A stretch of 64,000 bases of DNA, taken from the NCBI GenBank assembly GCA_965218695.1, contig OZ244651.1, forward strand, positions 640,001-704,000, in the 5' to 3' direction. The notes beneath the pieces are model-generated. The model was not told the DNA's origin, made no database searches, and saw nothing but the letters and a program-made list of their open reading frames with translations. The translations under genes were made by a program, and so were the position numbers. Position 1 is the stretch's first letter. Each line of letters begins with the position of its first letter. Origin of the DNA: Nitrosopumilus sp. (GTDB lineage: Archaea > Thermoproteota > Nitrososphaeria > Nitrososphaerales > Nitrosopumilaceae). This document shows positions 15,699 to 26,324 of this stretch, in pieces.

Positions 15699-15751
15699 CA
15701 GGCACATTCTACAGGCACGTCGGATCCAGGCAAAGCCGCAGACTGGAACCG

Positions 15752-16084
15752 TCATTCGGGTTGGCCCTGCCCGGTTCCGCCCTGCACCATGTCATGCAGT
15801 CGGCAGCACAACGCATCCAGGTGTTCGGGGGATACGCCGTCAAACCACACCAGTTCGGGGTCTATGGAGAATCCCTCGGATGTGCCGGGACGCGATCTTA
15901 CAAAATCCGCCTCCGCCTCAAACATCTCTTGTATTGCGTCCTGTTCGCGCAATGACAGTCGGCGGCCGCACGGCACCATGTCCATCTGCACGTGGTACCT
16001 TCCGTGCACGGGACTTACCTTTGCCCTGATAAACGGCCTGCCCGAATGCTGGCACTCCCTGTAGTACCTGTCATACTCAAACAT
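15752..16084 (-). CDS. Hypothetical protein
   Basis: Open frame MFEYDRYYREC... Confidence 0.6.
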   Translation of the reverse strand: MFEYDRYYRECQHSGRPFIRAKVSPVHGRYHVQMDMVPCGRRLSLREQDAIQEMFEAEADFVRSRPGTSEGFSIDPELVWFDGVSPEHLDALCCRLHDMVQGGTGQGQPE

Positions 16085-16155
16085 CTTTGAATCCCCGATG
16101 TACTTGTGCGGAACCAACAGCATCACACATGGCGCCTGCATTATCTAATGGTTTG

Positions 16156-16533
16156 CTAAATCATGGAGGTGATCTTCTTTACCTTGGTTATCAGGCGGGA
16201 CATCGTGACAGGCGGCATCTCTGCCTCTGTCGTGAAATAGATGATGCTTCGCCTTGTGTACACGACCAGTTGCGATACATGCTCCCTTTCAACATGGACA
16301 TACCTGACCTTGCCAAGCGACGTGTCAAACTCCTTGCGCATGGTACGCCTTTGTGCCACCTGCATGCAAAAGTGCTCCTGCTCCTTTTGGGACTTGAGGT
16401 TGGTCTTTCCCTTCTTCATGATGGCCTCGCGCACGTTGCCCTTTGAGTCAATGATTGCAGCAAACCTCATCTTTGGACTGATGTCTATGATGTCCTCGAC
16501 GATCTTCAGAAGGTTTGACTTTGCTACTGACAT
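16156..16533 (-). CDS. Thaumarchaeal roadblock/profilin-like protein (DUF6659-like)
   Basis: MRFAAIID.KG...R..MRKEFD.SLG.V.Y..VERE. Confidence 0.8.
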   Translation of the reverse strand: MSVAKSNLLKIVEDIIDISPKMRFAAIIDSKGNVREAIMKKGKTNLKSQKEQEHFCMQVAQRRTMRKEFDTSLGKVRYVHVEREHVSQLVVYTRRSIIYFTTEAEMPPVTMSRLITKVKKITSMI

Positions 16534-16711
16534 GTATTTTTGTGAGGATAACAGGCTAAATATAAGCTATCAAAACATGCAGGTACTGCAAATCCCGGTC
16601 GTGGGATTGCCAGGCCATCGCAGCGTCAATGGATGGCCACAATCAGAATCGCACGCCAATCTTTGATGACCCCGCAGGCCTCCGAATCTGTTCATGCTGT
16701 GGCGTGCCGAG

Positions 16712-16993
16712 TCAGTCCTCTATGCGCACGCCGTTCCAGAACGCAATCCTGCCCTTGATCTTTTTGGCCGCATCGTTTGGCTCTGCATAGTACCACGCGC
16801 AGTTCCTGTTGGTCCTTCCGTTTACGGTAACAGAGTAGTAGCTTGCCATTCCCTTCCAGCCGCAGACGCTTGTAGTCTGGCTCTTTGCAAAGTATTCTGT
16901 CTTGATGGCCTCGGGCAGAAAGTACTTGGTTCCGTCAAGGTCGACTATGTCGCTTCCTTCTGCAATCACGACATCGTTCCATATGGCCCGCAT
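16712..16993 (-). CDS. DUF427 protein
   Basis: C.WKG.ASYY...AWYY.EP...IKGRIAFW. Confidence 0.9.
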   Translation of the reverse strand: MRAIWNDVVIAEGSDIVDLDGTKYFLPEAIKTEYFAKSQTTSVCGWKGMASYYSVTVNGRTNRNCAWYYAEPNDAAKKIKGRIAFWNGVRIED

Positions 16994-17265
16994 GAAACTC
17001 GTTCAATGGAGCCATATTTAAAAAATTGCCATGTGCCGTTCCCCCAAATGTGGGGCGCAGGCACGCCAAGACGCATCTCCTAATGTCTGGGAGTCATTGA
17101 GCCATGCCCTCCAGTCGGACAGGATTCGTCATTTCAGGATATCCGGGTTACCTGCAACATCACGGAACGGCCTTGGATACTTTGTGTGTACCGTGCCTAC
17201 CCGGAGGTTTGTCAAGATGCAGTCAGCACATGCACTGTTATTAGTCGGGGCAGGATATCCATGGT

Positions 17266-17484
17266 GTGAAGGGAGAGACTGCAGTCCTCATCGCAGGGAT
17301 GGTCATGTTTGTAGCGGGACTGGCCATGTTTTATCTCATAGAACGGGGACCCACGGAACCGGTTCTGGGATTTGTCAAGAATGCAGGCACGTTTATCGGC
17401 CTGAGCGGCATCGGGGTGTTCGTTGCAGGCATCATGCTGCGCCTGATAAGGCGGAACACGCCTCCGCTGCAGGAAGACGTCTGA
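17266..17484 (+). CDS. Small two-TM membrane protein
   Basis: Two hydrophobic helices. Confidence 0.65.
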   Translation: MKGETAVLIAGMVMFVAGLAMFYLIERGPTEPVLGFVKNAGTFIGLSGIGVFVAGIMLRLIRRNTPPLQEDV

Positions 17485-17780
17485 AGGAAACAACCATTGG
17501 CATGGATTGGTACGAACACATCCGCATGACGGCTCTGCAATGCGGCAGACTTTCGTACAGGCCAGTACCAGATGACCCAAAAGGCTGCTTAGTGTGATAC
17601 TGCCTGAACCACCACCGGATCCTGTGGTGCCGTGATTACTTCTGGATTGTCTGGAGTGTCAGTCTTTGTAAATGTGCCCCCATGACGCCCTGAATTCTCA
17701 GGATCGCGCGGCAGCCTGTCAAAACAGATGTGGTGGCGTACCACGCGTTTGAACACACCGCGGATTGCCTGACAGTGAAG

Positions 17781-17886
17781 GAATTCGTGCTGGCTAGACT
17801 GGGATGCCATGGCTGGCACCGCGTGGGAATCGCTCGCCTGATCCCCGGCCAACGTGTCGCAAGGAATGAATCCGCTATCACGTGAA
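17781..17886 (+). repeat. Degenerate copy of 11711-11820 (3' end of island membrane gene plus downstream sequence)
   Basis: GACTGGGA..CCATGG.TGGCACCGCGTGGGAATCGCT.G..TGATCCC shared. Confidence 0.8.
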
Positions 17887-17944
17887 CAATATGCAATGAG
17901 ATCATGGCGGCATGCAAGTCGGCATAACCCACGTTAGGCCATAT

Positions 17945-17970
17945 TCAAAATAAAAAAAAGAAAAGGGGTG
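17945..17970 (-). terminator. Oligo-T archaeal terminator after S-layer gene
   Basis: T-tracts on the minus strand immediately after the stop. Confidence 0.55.
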
Positions 17971-17976
17971 TGTGTT

Positions 17977-20900
17977 CTAGTTTACAGTTATTGCTATCGT
18001 TGCGGTTGGTGAGAGTGCAGTCGGGTTGTCGATGGATTCCCACACGAACGCAGTCACGTCGTACGTGCCTGCCTCGTCTGGAGTCCAAGAGACTGCCGGA
18101 CTGAGTGACTGTGATGCCGTCAGCGAACCCTTGATCCAGTCAAGTGAGACCGTGACGCCGTTTTCATCCTGTACCTGTATGAGGTAGGCAAACGCCTGTT
18201 CCTTGTCCTGTCCGTTGGTCACGTCAGACTCTAGCTGAATCTGGGTGTCAACGGATACGGTGTCCAAGGTGTTGCCGAATGAATCGACTGCTCGCAGGTC
18301 AGAGATTGGTGCCCTCTCCAGTGGCGGCACGATGGTACCGATCAGAGTGGTGGCGCCAACTCGGAGCCTTTCTGTCTCCTTGAACGGTGCCGGCAGCGTG
18401 TTGTCGTAGTACTGCGCGGTTACGGTGTCGCCCTCTACTACCCTGAGCCTGTGACCAGATGTGTCAACTCCAACACCAAAGAAGACGGTGCCTTCAAAGA
18501 TGCCGGTTGCAGCATTGGTCTCAGTCACGGTGAGGTCGATTCCGCCTCCGTCAGAGTCGGACCAGACGGTCACGTCAAAGTTGTCGACTGCCTCCGGGTT
18601 CAGGTTCATGTCTGGATCTATGATCCTGACTATTCCTGATCCGCTGGCAGGATAACTTGCCTCGAGCCACTGGACCTCTCCTACGTTCCACCTGATTAGG
18701 GCAGAGTTGCTTACTGTCTCGCCGTCAGAGAACTTGAATGATACGGATATTCCGCTTTCGCTGTCGGTTCCTATCTCGCCGTTGGTCGGTCCGCTTCCAT
18801 CCGGAGATGTCCTTCCGGTCGCGTCGCCGTCGCTGCCGTCGCCGTCTGCGTCATGATTGGAGAATCCTGTCAGGATTACCTCGCCTGTGAAGATGCCGGT
18901 GTCGGCACCAGTCTCGACAAGCTTGTACTCCTCAATGGCCTCTCCGCGTGTGGATACCCTTACCGGGTAGTCGTCGTTGTTGCCTATCTCGTCAACCTGG
19001 TCTGCATCGATGTTGTGGTCCGGTGCGACTACTGTCACGTAGACCTTGTCGGTCCACGTGTAGACGCGCTGGTCCAGCTCGATGGTTGCGCCAAAGTTGG
19101 ACGTGTAGATGGTGGCAGTTACGGATTCGTCCTTGTCTCCGACATAGTCAGAGCCGGATGGTCCCCAGTCTGTATACTCCAGTGTGATCTCCTCACCCCT
19201 CTCGAGGCGGTCATCGTCTATCTCGTTTGGAATGCTGATCACGACCTGGAATATTCCAGTGTTGGTGCCGGTTTCAAGGAGATTGGAGGGCGTCGCGCCG
19301 AACACGCCATCATCAAGTGTGGCTGTGCCCGCGTCAGAGTCCCATTCTATCAGGTCAAGGGTGTACGTCTCTGTGGAGTCGCTGTCAAGGTTCAGGTCGG
19401 GTTCGATGAGTGTCAGTATCGCGTCGCTTCCGATGATGTACGCAGTCTGGTCGGACTGGAGTACGCCGTTTCGCAAGTCGAACGTTGCAGAGTCGGTAAC
19501 GGTGTTTGGACTGCCTGATGCGTCGGATGGATCCTCGTATTCAGCATGGAGAATGTCTCCCTGCATGATACAGTTTTCCAGCTCGTCTGGACATTTGTTG
19601 CTGGATGGACCAGTCGCGTATGTGATGGTCATCTCGTGCTCAAATATGCCAGAATTGGGTGCAGTCTCAGAGATTGCATTGGCTGCTGAGTCTCCAACAG
19701 GAGCAAATTCGTAGGGAGCAGAACCGCCGCGGAGTACGCTCACCTTAAGGGATGCGTCTTCGATGGTGTCTATTCCGTTGGCTGACGTGTCATAGTCAGG
19801 ATCGTTGATGCTGACATAGACGGTCAGGTCGCCTGCTGAAAGGGTATCGCCTGCTGCCGTCTTAAAGGAGGTTGCACTGAATGGCACCGGGTAGACGGTC
19901 CTGTCAAGGCTTACGGATCCTGTTGCGGATCGTATTCCCGCAGAAGCGCTTACGCTGATGGTTGAACCAGAGTCGTCCCTGAAGTCAAGATACTTGACTG
20001 AGATGTCAGCGCCTGTGACGCCGGCTGGACTTCCGTTAGGATGACAGTAGTTTGCCGGAACCGCGAAGGTACCGGTGAACACGCCTGTGGCGGCTCCTGT
20101 CTCCTGAAGCGTAAAGTCTGTAGCGTCAAGTCCGGTCATGCCGTCACATCCTGCCTCCCATGGGTTGCTGTCGATGGATACGATGAGCAGTTCGCCGTTT
20201 GTGAATTCGGTCGAGGCGACGCCGACAATGTCACTGTCGATCGTCGTATAGACGTCGGCCTTCCCGCTATCAACGTTCAGGTCTGCGTCCTCTACGGTCA
20301 CTGTGGCTGTGTCTGCCACCTTGTAGGCGTCAGAGTCGAAGTATACCGCACCCGAGTGTGTCGGGGTGGCTGCCTCGGCCGTGAACAGCGTCTCGTCGCC
20401 ATTGGTGTCGATGTCAAGATAGTCTACGGAAACTGAGCTGTCGTCGGATATCAGTATGATGTTGTCATCGATTGCCTGAATGCCGGTGTATGTGTCATCA
20501 TTCAGTATGTTGACCTGGTTGAGTCCGATGTACTCCAGAGTGCCTGTAAAGTCACTGCTGTTGTCTCCGTCCTCTTGGAGTTCAAGCCTGTAGATGGCGT
20601 TGTTGACCAAGTCGGTTCCGTCTATAAGACCGAACGAGAATACGTCGATCACGATCATGTCATCTGATGCGTCTCCACTGTATCTGATGTTGACTGCATA
20701 GTCGTCATCGATGTACTCAGTGACGTCTACCAGACCACGTCCATCAGTATCCACGCGATTACTATTGATAGTAACCGATGCATCGTCGCCAAGTGCGCTT
20801 ACATCATAGTTCAGCATGTGCACGCCTTCGAAGTTACCGTCCGGAATGTCCAAGGTTCCCGTGGCACTACCTGAAGTGGATGCGGCAATTCTGCCGTTAT

Positions 20901-22845
20901 CATCGCCTCCAAGTGTGAACGGTTCTCCAATCGTTATGGTTGGAATGATGTGGGATGATTTCGTAACCGATAGGTCGTCGTCGTTAAGTGAGTTGGTGTT
21001 GGCGTCACTGTCTGTCAGCGTGATGCCGATCTCCTCGCCAGAGTTCCATTCGTCACCTGCGTCTATTACGATGTTGGTCTCACCGAAGCCTATGGAGGAT
21101 GTCACGGTGTTGTCATATGTTACTGAAAATGACAGTCCCCTGTCGGCATTTGCGGTGGTGCGTACGTTTGGCGTGTCGCCGGGTGCGTTGGTGAATACTG
21201 AGGTGTTCGAGTCGTCCTCGCCGAATTCTATCAGGAATTCGTCTGTGCTGCTTGTGCTACAAGATTCAACACATTCTACCAGGGCGGTGTTGCCGTTGTT
21301 GTATTTGGAGAGGCTAAAGCCCTCGTCGGTTGAAACTGCGATTCCGTTACTGTCAGTGGGATCTGGGTTGTCAGTTACAGCATCACCAGATTCTGTAGTA
21401 TAGGTAGTATTTGCGGATTCAACATCATCATCGTATGTTGCATGTGCGCTACCTTCTACGGTGCCACCTGGGCCGTCACCTGCGATTACTTCGTATTCTG
21501 CCTGTGCGGTACCCTTGTATGCAGCATCGGCTGTATCTGTGATAGTTTTGTCTCCATTGACTGCGGTGTAGGTTGCATCAGCTGAGCCGTCCGCAACAAG
21601 TGCGGTCTGTGCAGCAGCGTCGCCGTCAGTCGCATAGGCAGGTGGAGTGCCGCCCTCATAGAAGGTACTAAGCTTGGTGTTGACAGCAGTTATGTAGGCA
21701 CCTGCATCGGGAACCGTATTGATGTCATCGAATGGTTCGAATCCGGCGATTATCTCGTACTCTAGCTGCGCGATGCCCTTGTAATTGGCTATCTCCACAG
21801 CTTCAATAGGATCGCTAAATTCGATGTCTTTGTCTCCTAGTACCTCTTGTGCGCGGTTCTGTTGTTCTACTGTCAGGGTGATGTCGTCAACGGCCTGAGT
21901 GGATCTAGTGATGGCAGCGTCTCTCTTTTCTGCGGCTTCAGCAATGGCTGTAGCCGGGACTGCTGCGGCGATCTTGGCGTCTCTATCTCTTTCGGCCTCG
22001 GTGATCTTGGCGTCTCTATCCACTATGGCTTTAGCCAAAGCAGCGTCTCTTTTGTCTATGGCGGCAGATTCGGCTTCAGCTCTGTCTGCATTGCCTTGAA
22101 CAGAGTTTGGAACGTCCCTGTAGTATGAGGTCCCATCACTGCCAAGGTACCAAGTATCCGCAGATGTTGGGTCCACGTTGAGTGCCTGGTCGTCGAGCGT
22201 GATTACCACGCCTGTACCCTGCGGGTATACCGACCTGTCGAGGCTTGCGCTCTCGGACGGATCGTCATAATCCATGGATACGGTCTGGTCTGCTCCCGGC
22301 CTCTCATAAACAACGTCAAATCCGCTGCTTAGATCCTCAATGAGTTGGACTCGATGGTCAGCAAATGGTGGGTCGCCAACAAGAGAATTAACTTCTGTAC
22401 AGCCTCGCATCGCAATATTATAGAGACCAGCGTCTGTTTGAACGGGTGCTAGTGCAGCCGTACAAGCATTGCCGTCGGCGTCGTTAGCTAAACCAGACCC
22501 CCGGATTTCATCAGCTGCAAAGTATCCATACCATGCACCAGAGAAAAATTTCATTCCAAGGCGGTTTCCGTCCACGGTTACTATTGGTCGGCTAGTATTT
22601 TCGTCAGTCAGATCGTCAATAATCACGACCTCCACTATGTTGGTCGCTGCTATCTCGTTGTCGGCGTTCTGTCCCTCCGCTGATACCTTCAGGTTCGGGT
22701 TGCTTGATATCTGTGCGGCCTGTGCCGGCTCCATGCCGGGTATGGCAAACGTGAGTCCGCCGGCCACCATTATCGCCATCAGTGCTATGCTTGTAAGGTT
22801 TCTTAGATCTGTATCACTAAATTGCTTTTTAGATTTGTTTTTCAT
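17977..22845 (-). CDS. Major S-layer protein (Nitrosopumilus SlaA type) with a large insertion
   Basis: LTS..LM.IM.AGG.TFAIPG signal, repeated ETG..TG.F.G modules, C-terminal FVWES.DNPTALSP. Confidence 0.9.
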   Translation of the reverse strand: MKNKSKKQFSDTDLRNLTSIALMAIMVAGGLTFAIPGMEPAQAAQISSNPNLKVSAEGQNADNEIAATNIVEVVIIDDLTDENTSRPIVTVDGNRLGMKFFSGAWYGYFAADEIRGSGLANDADGNACTAALAPVQTDAGLYNIAMRGCTEVNSLVGDPPFADHRVQLIEDLSSGFDVVYERPGADQTVSMDYDDPSESASLDRSVYPQGTGVVITLDDQALNVDPTSADTWYLGSDGTSYYRDVPNSVQGNADRAEAESAAIDKRDAALAKAIVDRDAKITEAERDRDAKIAAAVPATAIAEAAEKRDAAITRSTQAVDDITLTVEQQNRAQEVLGDKDIEFSDPIEAVEIANYKGIAQLEYEIIAGFEPFDDINTVPDAGAYITAVNTKLSTFYEGGTPPAYATDGDAAAQTALVADGSADATYTAVNGDKTITDTADAAYKGTAQAEYEVIAGDGPGGTVEGSAHATYDDDVESANTTYTTESGDAVTDNPDPTDSNGIAVSTDEGFSLSKYNNGNTALVECVESCSTSSTDEFLIEFGEDDSNTSVFTNAPGDTPNVRTTANADRGLSFSVTYDNTVTSSIGFGETNIVIDAGDEWNSGEEIGITLTDSDANTNSLNDDDLSVTKSSHIIPTITIGEPFTLGGDDNGRIAASTSGSATGTLDIPDGNFEGVHMLNYDVSALGDDASVTINSNRVDTDGRGLVDVTEYIDDDYAVNIRYSGDASDDMIVIDVFSFGLIDGTDLVNNAIYRLELQEDGDNSSDFTGTLEYIGLNQVNILNDDTYTGIQAIDDNIILISDDSSVSVDYLDIDTNGDETLFTAEAATPTHSGAVYFDSDAYKVADTATVTVEDADLNVDSGKADVYTTIDSDIVGVASTEFTNGELLIVSIDSNPWEAGCDGMTGLDATDFTLQETGAATGVFTGTFAVPANYCHPNGSPAGVTGADISVKYLDFRDDSGSTISVSASAGIRSATGSVSLDRTVYPVPFSATSFKTAAGDTLSAGDLTVYVSINDPDYDTSANGIDTIEDASLKVSVLRGGSAPYEFAPVGDSAANAISETAPNSGIFEHEMTITYATGPSSNKCPDELENCIMQGDILHAEYEDPSDASGSPNTVTDSATFDLRNGVLQSDQTAYIIGSDAILTLIEPDLNLDSDSTETYTLDLIEWDSDAGTATLDDGVFGATPSNLLETGTNTGIFQVVISIPNEIDDDRLERGEEITLEYTDWGPSGSDYVGDKDESVTATIYTSNFGATIELDQRVYTWTDKVYVTVVAPDHNIDADQVDEIGNNDDYPVRVSTRGEAIEEYKLVETGADTGIFTGEVILTGFSNHDADGDGSDGDATGRTSPDGSGPTNGEIGTDSESGISVSFKFSDGETVSNSALIRWNVGEVQWLEASYPASGSGIVRIIDPDMNLNPEAVDNFDVTVWSDSDGGGIDLTVTETNAATGIFEGTVFFGVGVDTSGHRLRVVEGDTVTAQYYDNTLPAPFKETERLRVGATTLIGTIVPPLERAPISDLRAVDSFGNTLDTVSVDTQIQLESDVTNGQDKEQAFAYLIQVQDENGVTVSLDWIKGSLTASQSLSPAVSWTPDEAGTYDVTAFVWESIDNPTALSPTATIAITVN

Positions 22846-23078
22846 GTTATTGGAATTCAATCAGGAAGACGATCCTTAGGTGTAATGAGCAACTGATCTA
22901 CATTTTTCCCCGCAGGACGGCATCCGGGTTTTCGCGGCGTTTCCCCCCAACACGAATTACATTTCTCAATGCATTCGCACACAAGTGCCAGCCGCAAGGA
23001 TGCGCGAACATGCAGCAACCGGTGTACCATCTGCAGCACGCAACCAAATTTATAATGATGAAACAGACCGGCAGTGAA

Positions 23079-23501
23079 ATGTCAGAGAAGGCATGGATTG
23101 GCGCAATCTACCTCAAGGACGAGGGCGGGTACCGGATAGTGCTCAAATCACTGCACCACTACAAAAAGAGATTGAGAACCATAGGACGCAGTCCGGAGCT
23201 CAAGGATGCAGCAGCCATGTTTGGGCCGGTCCTGGTCCAGCAGGCGGCAAAGACCATCCCGAAGATCAACGAGACGGTTCTGGCCATCCAGGAGTGCCTG
23301 GACGGCACCAGGCAGATCGACGAGCTAAGGGGAGAGCTGCCGTTTCTGAAAAAGTCGCTTTCATGCTATGAGGCAGACATCCTCAAGGCGCGGGACTCCG
23401 GATACGACTATTTTGTGGATCTTGTGGGGGACATGAGGGAGGCAGAAGGCGACCTGGCATCCATCGGCACCGCGCTGGAGAGGCTGGGACAGTTTTCATA
23501 G
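23079..23501 (+). CDS. Conserved thaumarchaeal hypothetical protein
   Basis: Open frame with canonical BRE/TATA (ACCAAA-TTTATAA) upstream. Confidence 0.75.
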   Translation: MSEKAWIGAIYLKDEGGYRIVLKSLHHYKKRLRTIGRSPELKDAAAMFGPVLVQQAAKTIPKINETVLAIQECLDGTRQIDELRGELPFLKKSLSCYEADILKARDSGYDYFVDLVGDMREAEGDLASIGTALERLGQFS

Positions 23502-23798
23502 TCCCTGGAGGTACCAGTCAAGGTAGGGGGTCAGCGCCCTGCAGAGGCGCTTTCGTTCGGCCCCGTCTGAGACTGCCTGAATCTTTTGAATCTTGCCCCG
23601 GAGGTACTCGGACGTGAGGCTGCTCTGAAGGCTTGGCAGAATCTGGTTGATGATTCCAAGGAACTCGTCTGCAGAGACGCCATCAAAGTTGTGCAGCGCG
23701 TTTCTTGCCTGCCGTTCCAGGGGAGAGGGGCGCCGTCGTGGTGGTGGTGCGCCTGCCGGCGGATCATGCGGCGGCGGCGGCGGCGGTTCTGCAGTCAT
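23496..23798 (-). CDS. Hypothetical protein with Pro-rich N-terminus
   Basis: Coupled to upstream gene; ends PYLDWYLQGL. Confidence 0.7.
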   Translation of the reverse strand: MTAEPPPPPPHDPPAGAPPPRRRPSPLERQARNALHNFDGVSADEFLGIINQILPSLQSSLTSEYLRGKIQKIQAVSDGAERKRLCRALTPYLDWYLQGL

Positions 23799-24025
23799 TT
23801 CAGGACATCCCCGTCATCCCACGTAAGCCTGAACTTGCCGGTAACCCGGAACATCTTGAGCCGTCCGCCCTTTTTGAAGTTGAGCCGGTATGACTTGTGG
23901 GACGTGTCCTCGATCTCAATGGATACGCCGTCCTTGACTGTCTGGAATATGATGGGGTCATTGGAGATTTGATCCCATTCCTCGCTCTCAAAATCCATGT
24001 AGAACTTTGTGTACAGCAGTCCCAT
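23795..24025 (-). CDS. Conserved hypothetical protein
   Basis: MGLLYTKFYMDF...; downstream of EF-2. Confidence 0.7.
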   Translation of the reverse strand: MGLLYTKFYMDFESEEWDQISNDPIIFQTVKDGVSIEIEDTSHKSYRLNFKKGGRLKMFRVTGKFRLTWDDGDVLK

Positions 24026-24131
24026 GGAGTAGTAGCGGGGCGTACCTGAATAAATAACCTGGGGGTGCATGGGATGGCTCTGCTGCTGCTACTACCTGCT
24101 CTGCATGCACCGTGGGAGGCGTGCGCGAGTC

Positions 24132-26324
24132 CTATTCCCTGTCGATGAACTCGCTTGCGACAGGCGGGTTGGGTGCAAGCCCCTTGCGTTTTCTGATGTC
24201 AGAGACTGCCGTCTGCAGCAGGGACTTTGGGATCTCGATCCACGCCTTGAATGACGTGTTCCATGTTGCGCGTCCTGCAGTATGGCCCCTCATCTCTTCT
24301 GAGAGCGTAAAGGTCTCGGATGCCGGAATCTCGCCGGTAATGATGCTTGATGCGCCCTTTTGGACCATGTCAAGCACCTTGCCGCGCTTGCCTGACAGGA
24401 CAGTCGCCACGTTTCCCACCAGGTCGGTCGGAACGCGCACCTCCACTGCCAGCACCGGCTCGAGCACGGCGGTCCCCGCAGTGAGCAGCGCCCCCATGCA
24501 CGCCCTGCGGGATGCAGGGCCAAGCTGGGAGAGTCCCCTGTGGGCAGTATCCTCGTGCGGAACAAAATGGGTAAAGATGAACTTGCAGTCCCTCATCTGC
24601 TCCCTGCACAGCGGGCCCTCCTTCATGACATCGTCGAATCCGGAGTTTATAGAGTCGGTGGACTCCTGGACGAACTGGACCCCCTTGGTTCCGTTTATCA
24701 GGACGTTGCCGCGCGAGTCAAACCTCATGATCCTCTTGATGGTGTCAGTGTCCCATCCGGCGCCCTTTAGCAGGTCAGAGACGATCTGCTTGTCCTTGAG
24801 ATCGCTTATCTCGCCGGTCCTGAGCATGTGTGCAATCTCGGGCTCAAGGGACTCGACTTTCATGAAGATCTTGTTGTGCCTGTTGGGCGACTTTGCCATT
24901 ACCGGCTCGCATGAGGCCTTGACAGTCTCCCTGTAGTTGATCAAAGGCTCCGAGGTGACTATGGGCACCTTGGCGTCCTGGATTCGGTGCGTTGCCACGT
25001 CCAGGTGCAGCACCCCCATGCCTGCGACTATGGTCTCGCCGCTCTCCTCGTCTATCTTTACCACCAGGTTGGGATCCTCTATGGTCAGCTGCCGCAGCAC
25101 CTCTACCAGTTTGGGCAGGTCCTTGGGGTGTTTTGGCTCTACTGCCACCTGGACTACGGGTTCTGAGACGTACTTTACCCCCTCGAACATCTGAATGCCC
25201 TTGACAGAAGATATCGTGTTGCCGGCCCGGGCCTCGGTCAGCCCAAGCAGCGCGGGGATGTTTCCGGCGCCGAGATGGCCGACCTGCTCCCTCTGGTTTC
25301 CCATGAAAAAGTTCACAGACTGGATTCGCCCCTCGCGCTTCTCGTCAATTATGTTGATCGTCTGGCCGTCCCTGATGGTACCAGAGAACAGCCTGCCGAT
25401 TGCGACGGGGCCGGCGGCAGGATCCAGCACCATGTTGACTATCATCATTATGGTCGGCCCGTCGTCGCTGCATGCAAGAAGCGCCTTTCCGATGTCCGAG
25501 TCGAGATCCCCCTTCCATATCTGGGGAATCCTGTACTTTACTGCCTCGTGCGGGGCAGGATGGTGCTTTACGACCATCCCGAGCACGGCATCGGCCAGGG
25601 GCGCCTTCTCCACCAGGTCAGGGACGGTCCCCTTCTCGTAGGCGTCTATCACGTCCTTGAAGGTGATCCCCCGCTTCTTCATAAGATCAATGTTGATGGC
25701 CCACCTGTCCTTTGCAGAGCCAAACGTCACGCTTGCGTCCTGGATGGAGACCTTCCACTTCTCCCTGTACTCGGGTTCCGCGTATGTATCGAGAAGCTGG
25801 TTAAAGTTTGAGACGACGTCCACCAGCTGCTGCTGCATCTTCTCCGGGGTGAGCCTGAGCTCCTTTATGAGGCGGTCCACCTTGTTTATGAAGAGCACCG
25901 GCTTGACCCGCTCCTCGAGGGCCATCCTGGTTACAGTCTCAGTCTGGGTCATTATCCCCTCGACTGCGTCACACACCACGACTGCCCCGTCGATTGCCCT
26001 GAGGCTCCGAATGACCCTTCCGCTAAAGTCCACGTGTCCGGGGGTGTCTATCATGTTAATCACGTACTCTTTGTCGTCTTGGGAGAAGTGCAGCGTGACG
26101 TTTGCCTGGTATATGGTGATTCCCCTCTGCTGCTCCTCCTTGTCAAAGTCCATTGCAAGCGCCTTTCCGGCAGCAGAAGGCGCTATTATCCCAGAGTACG
26201 CCAAGAGGCTGTCACTCATGGTGGTCTTGCCGTGATCCACGTGGGCTATAACGCCAAAGTTCCTGATCTGGTCCTTGTTTTTGATGATCTTAAGAACTTC
26301 CCCAGTCGACTTGAATTTGACCAT
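24132..26324 (-). CDS. fusA: Archaeal elongation factor EF-2
   Basis: AHVDHGKTT, RGITI, DTPGHVDF, NKVD, diphthamide loop HEDTAHRG. Confidence 0.99.
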   Translation of the reverse strand: MVKFKSTGEVLKIIKNKDQIRNFGVIAHVDHGKTTMSDSLLAYSGIIAPSAAGKALAMDFDKEEQQRGITIYQANVTLHFSQDDKEYVINMIDTPGHVDFSGRVIRSLRAIDGAVVVCDAVEGIMTQTETVTRMALEERVKPVLFINKVDRLIKELRLTPEKMQQQLVDVVSNFNQLLDTYAEPEYREKWKVSIQDASVTFGSAKDRWAINIDLMKKRGITFKDVIDAYEKGTVPDLVEKAPLADAVLGMVVKHHPAPHEAVKYRIPQIWKGDLDSDIGKALLACSDDGPTIMMIVNMVLDPAAGPVAIGRLFSGTIRDGQTINIIDEKREGRIQSVNFFMGNQREQVGHLGAGNIPALLGLTEARAGNTISSVKGIQMFEGVKYVSEPVVQVAVEPKHPKDLPKLVEVLRQLTIEDPNLVVKIDEESGETIVAGMGVLHLDVATHRIQDAKVPIVTSEPLINYRETVKASCEPVMAKSPNRHNKIFMKVESLEPEIAHMLRTGEISDLKDKQIVSDLLKGAGWDTDTIKRIMRFDSRGNVLINGTKGVQFVQESTDSINSGFDDVMKEGPLCREQMRDCKFIFTHFVPHEDTAHRGLSQLGPASRRACMGALLTAGTAVLEPVLAVEVRVPTDLVGNVATVLSGKRGKVLDMVQKGASSIITGEIPASETFTLSEEMRGHTAGRATWNTSFKAWIEIPKSLLQTAVSDIRKRKGLAPNPPVASEFIDRE

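Noticed and set aside
21734-21744. tRNA T-loop-like GGTTCGAATCC
   Set aside because: Lies inside the S-layer CDS and no cloverleaf can be formed around it.
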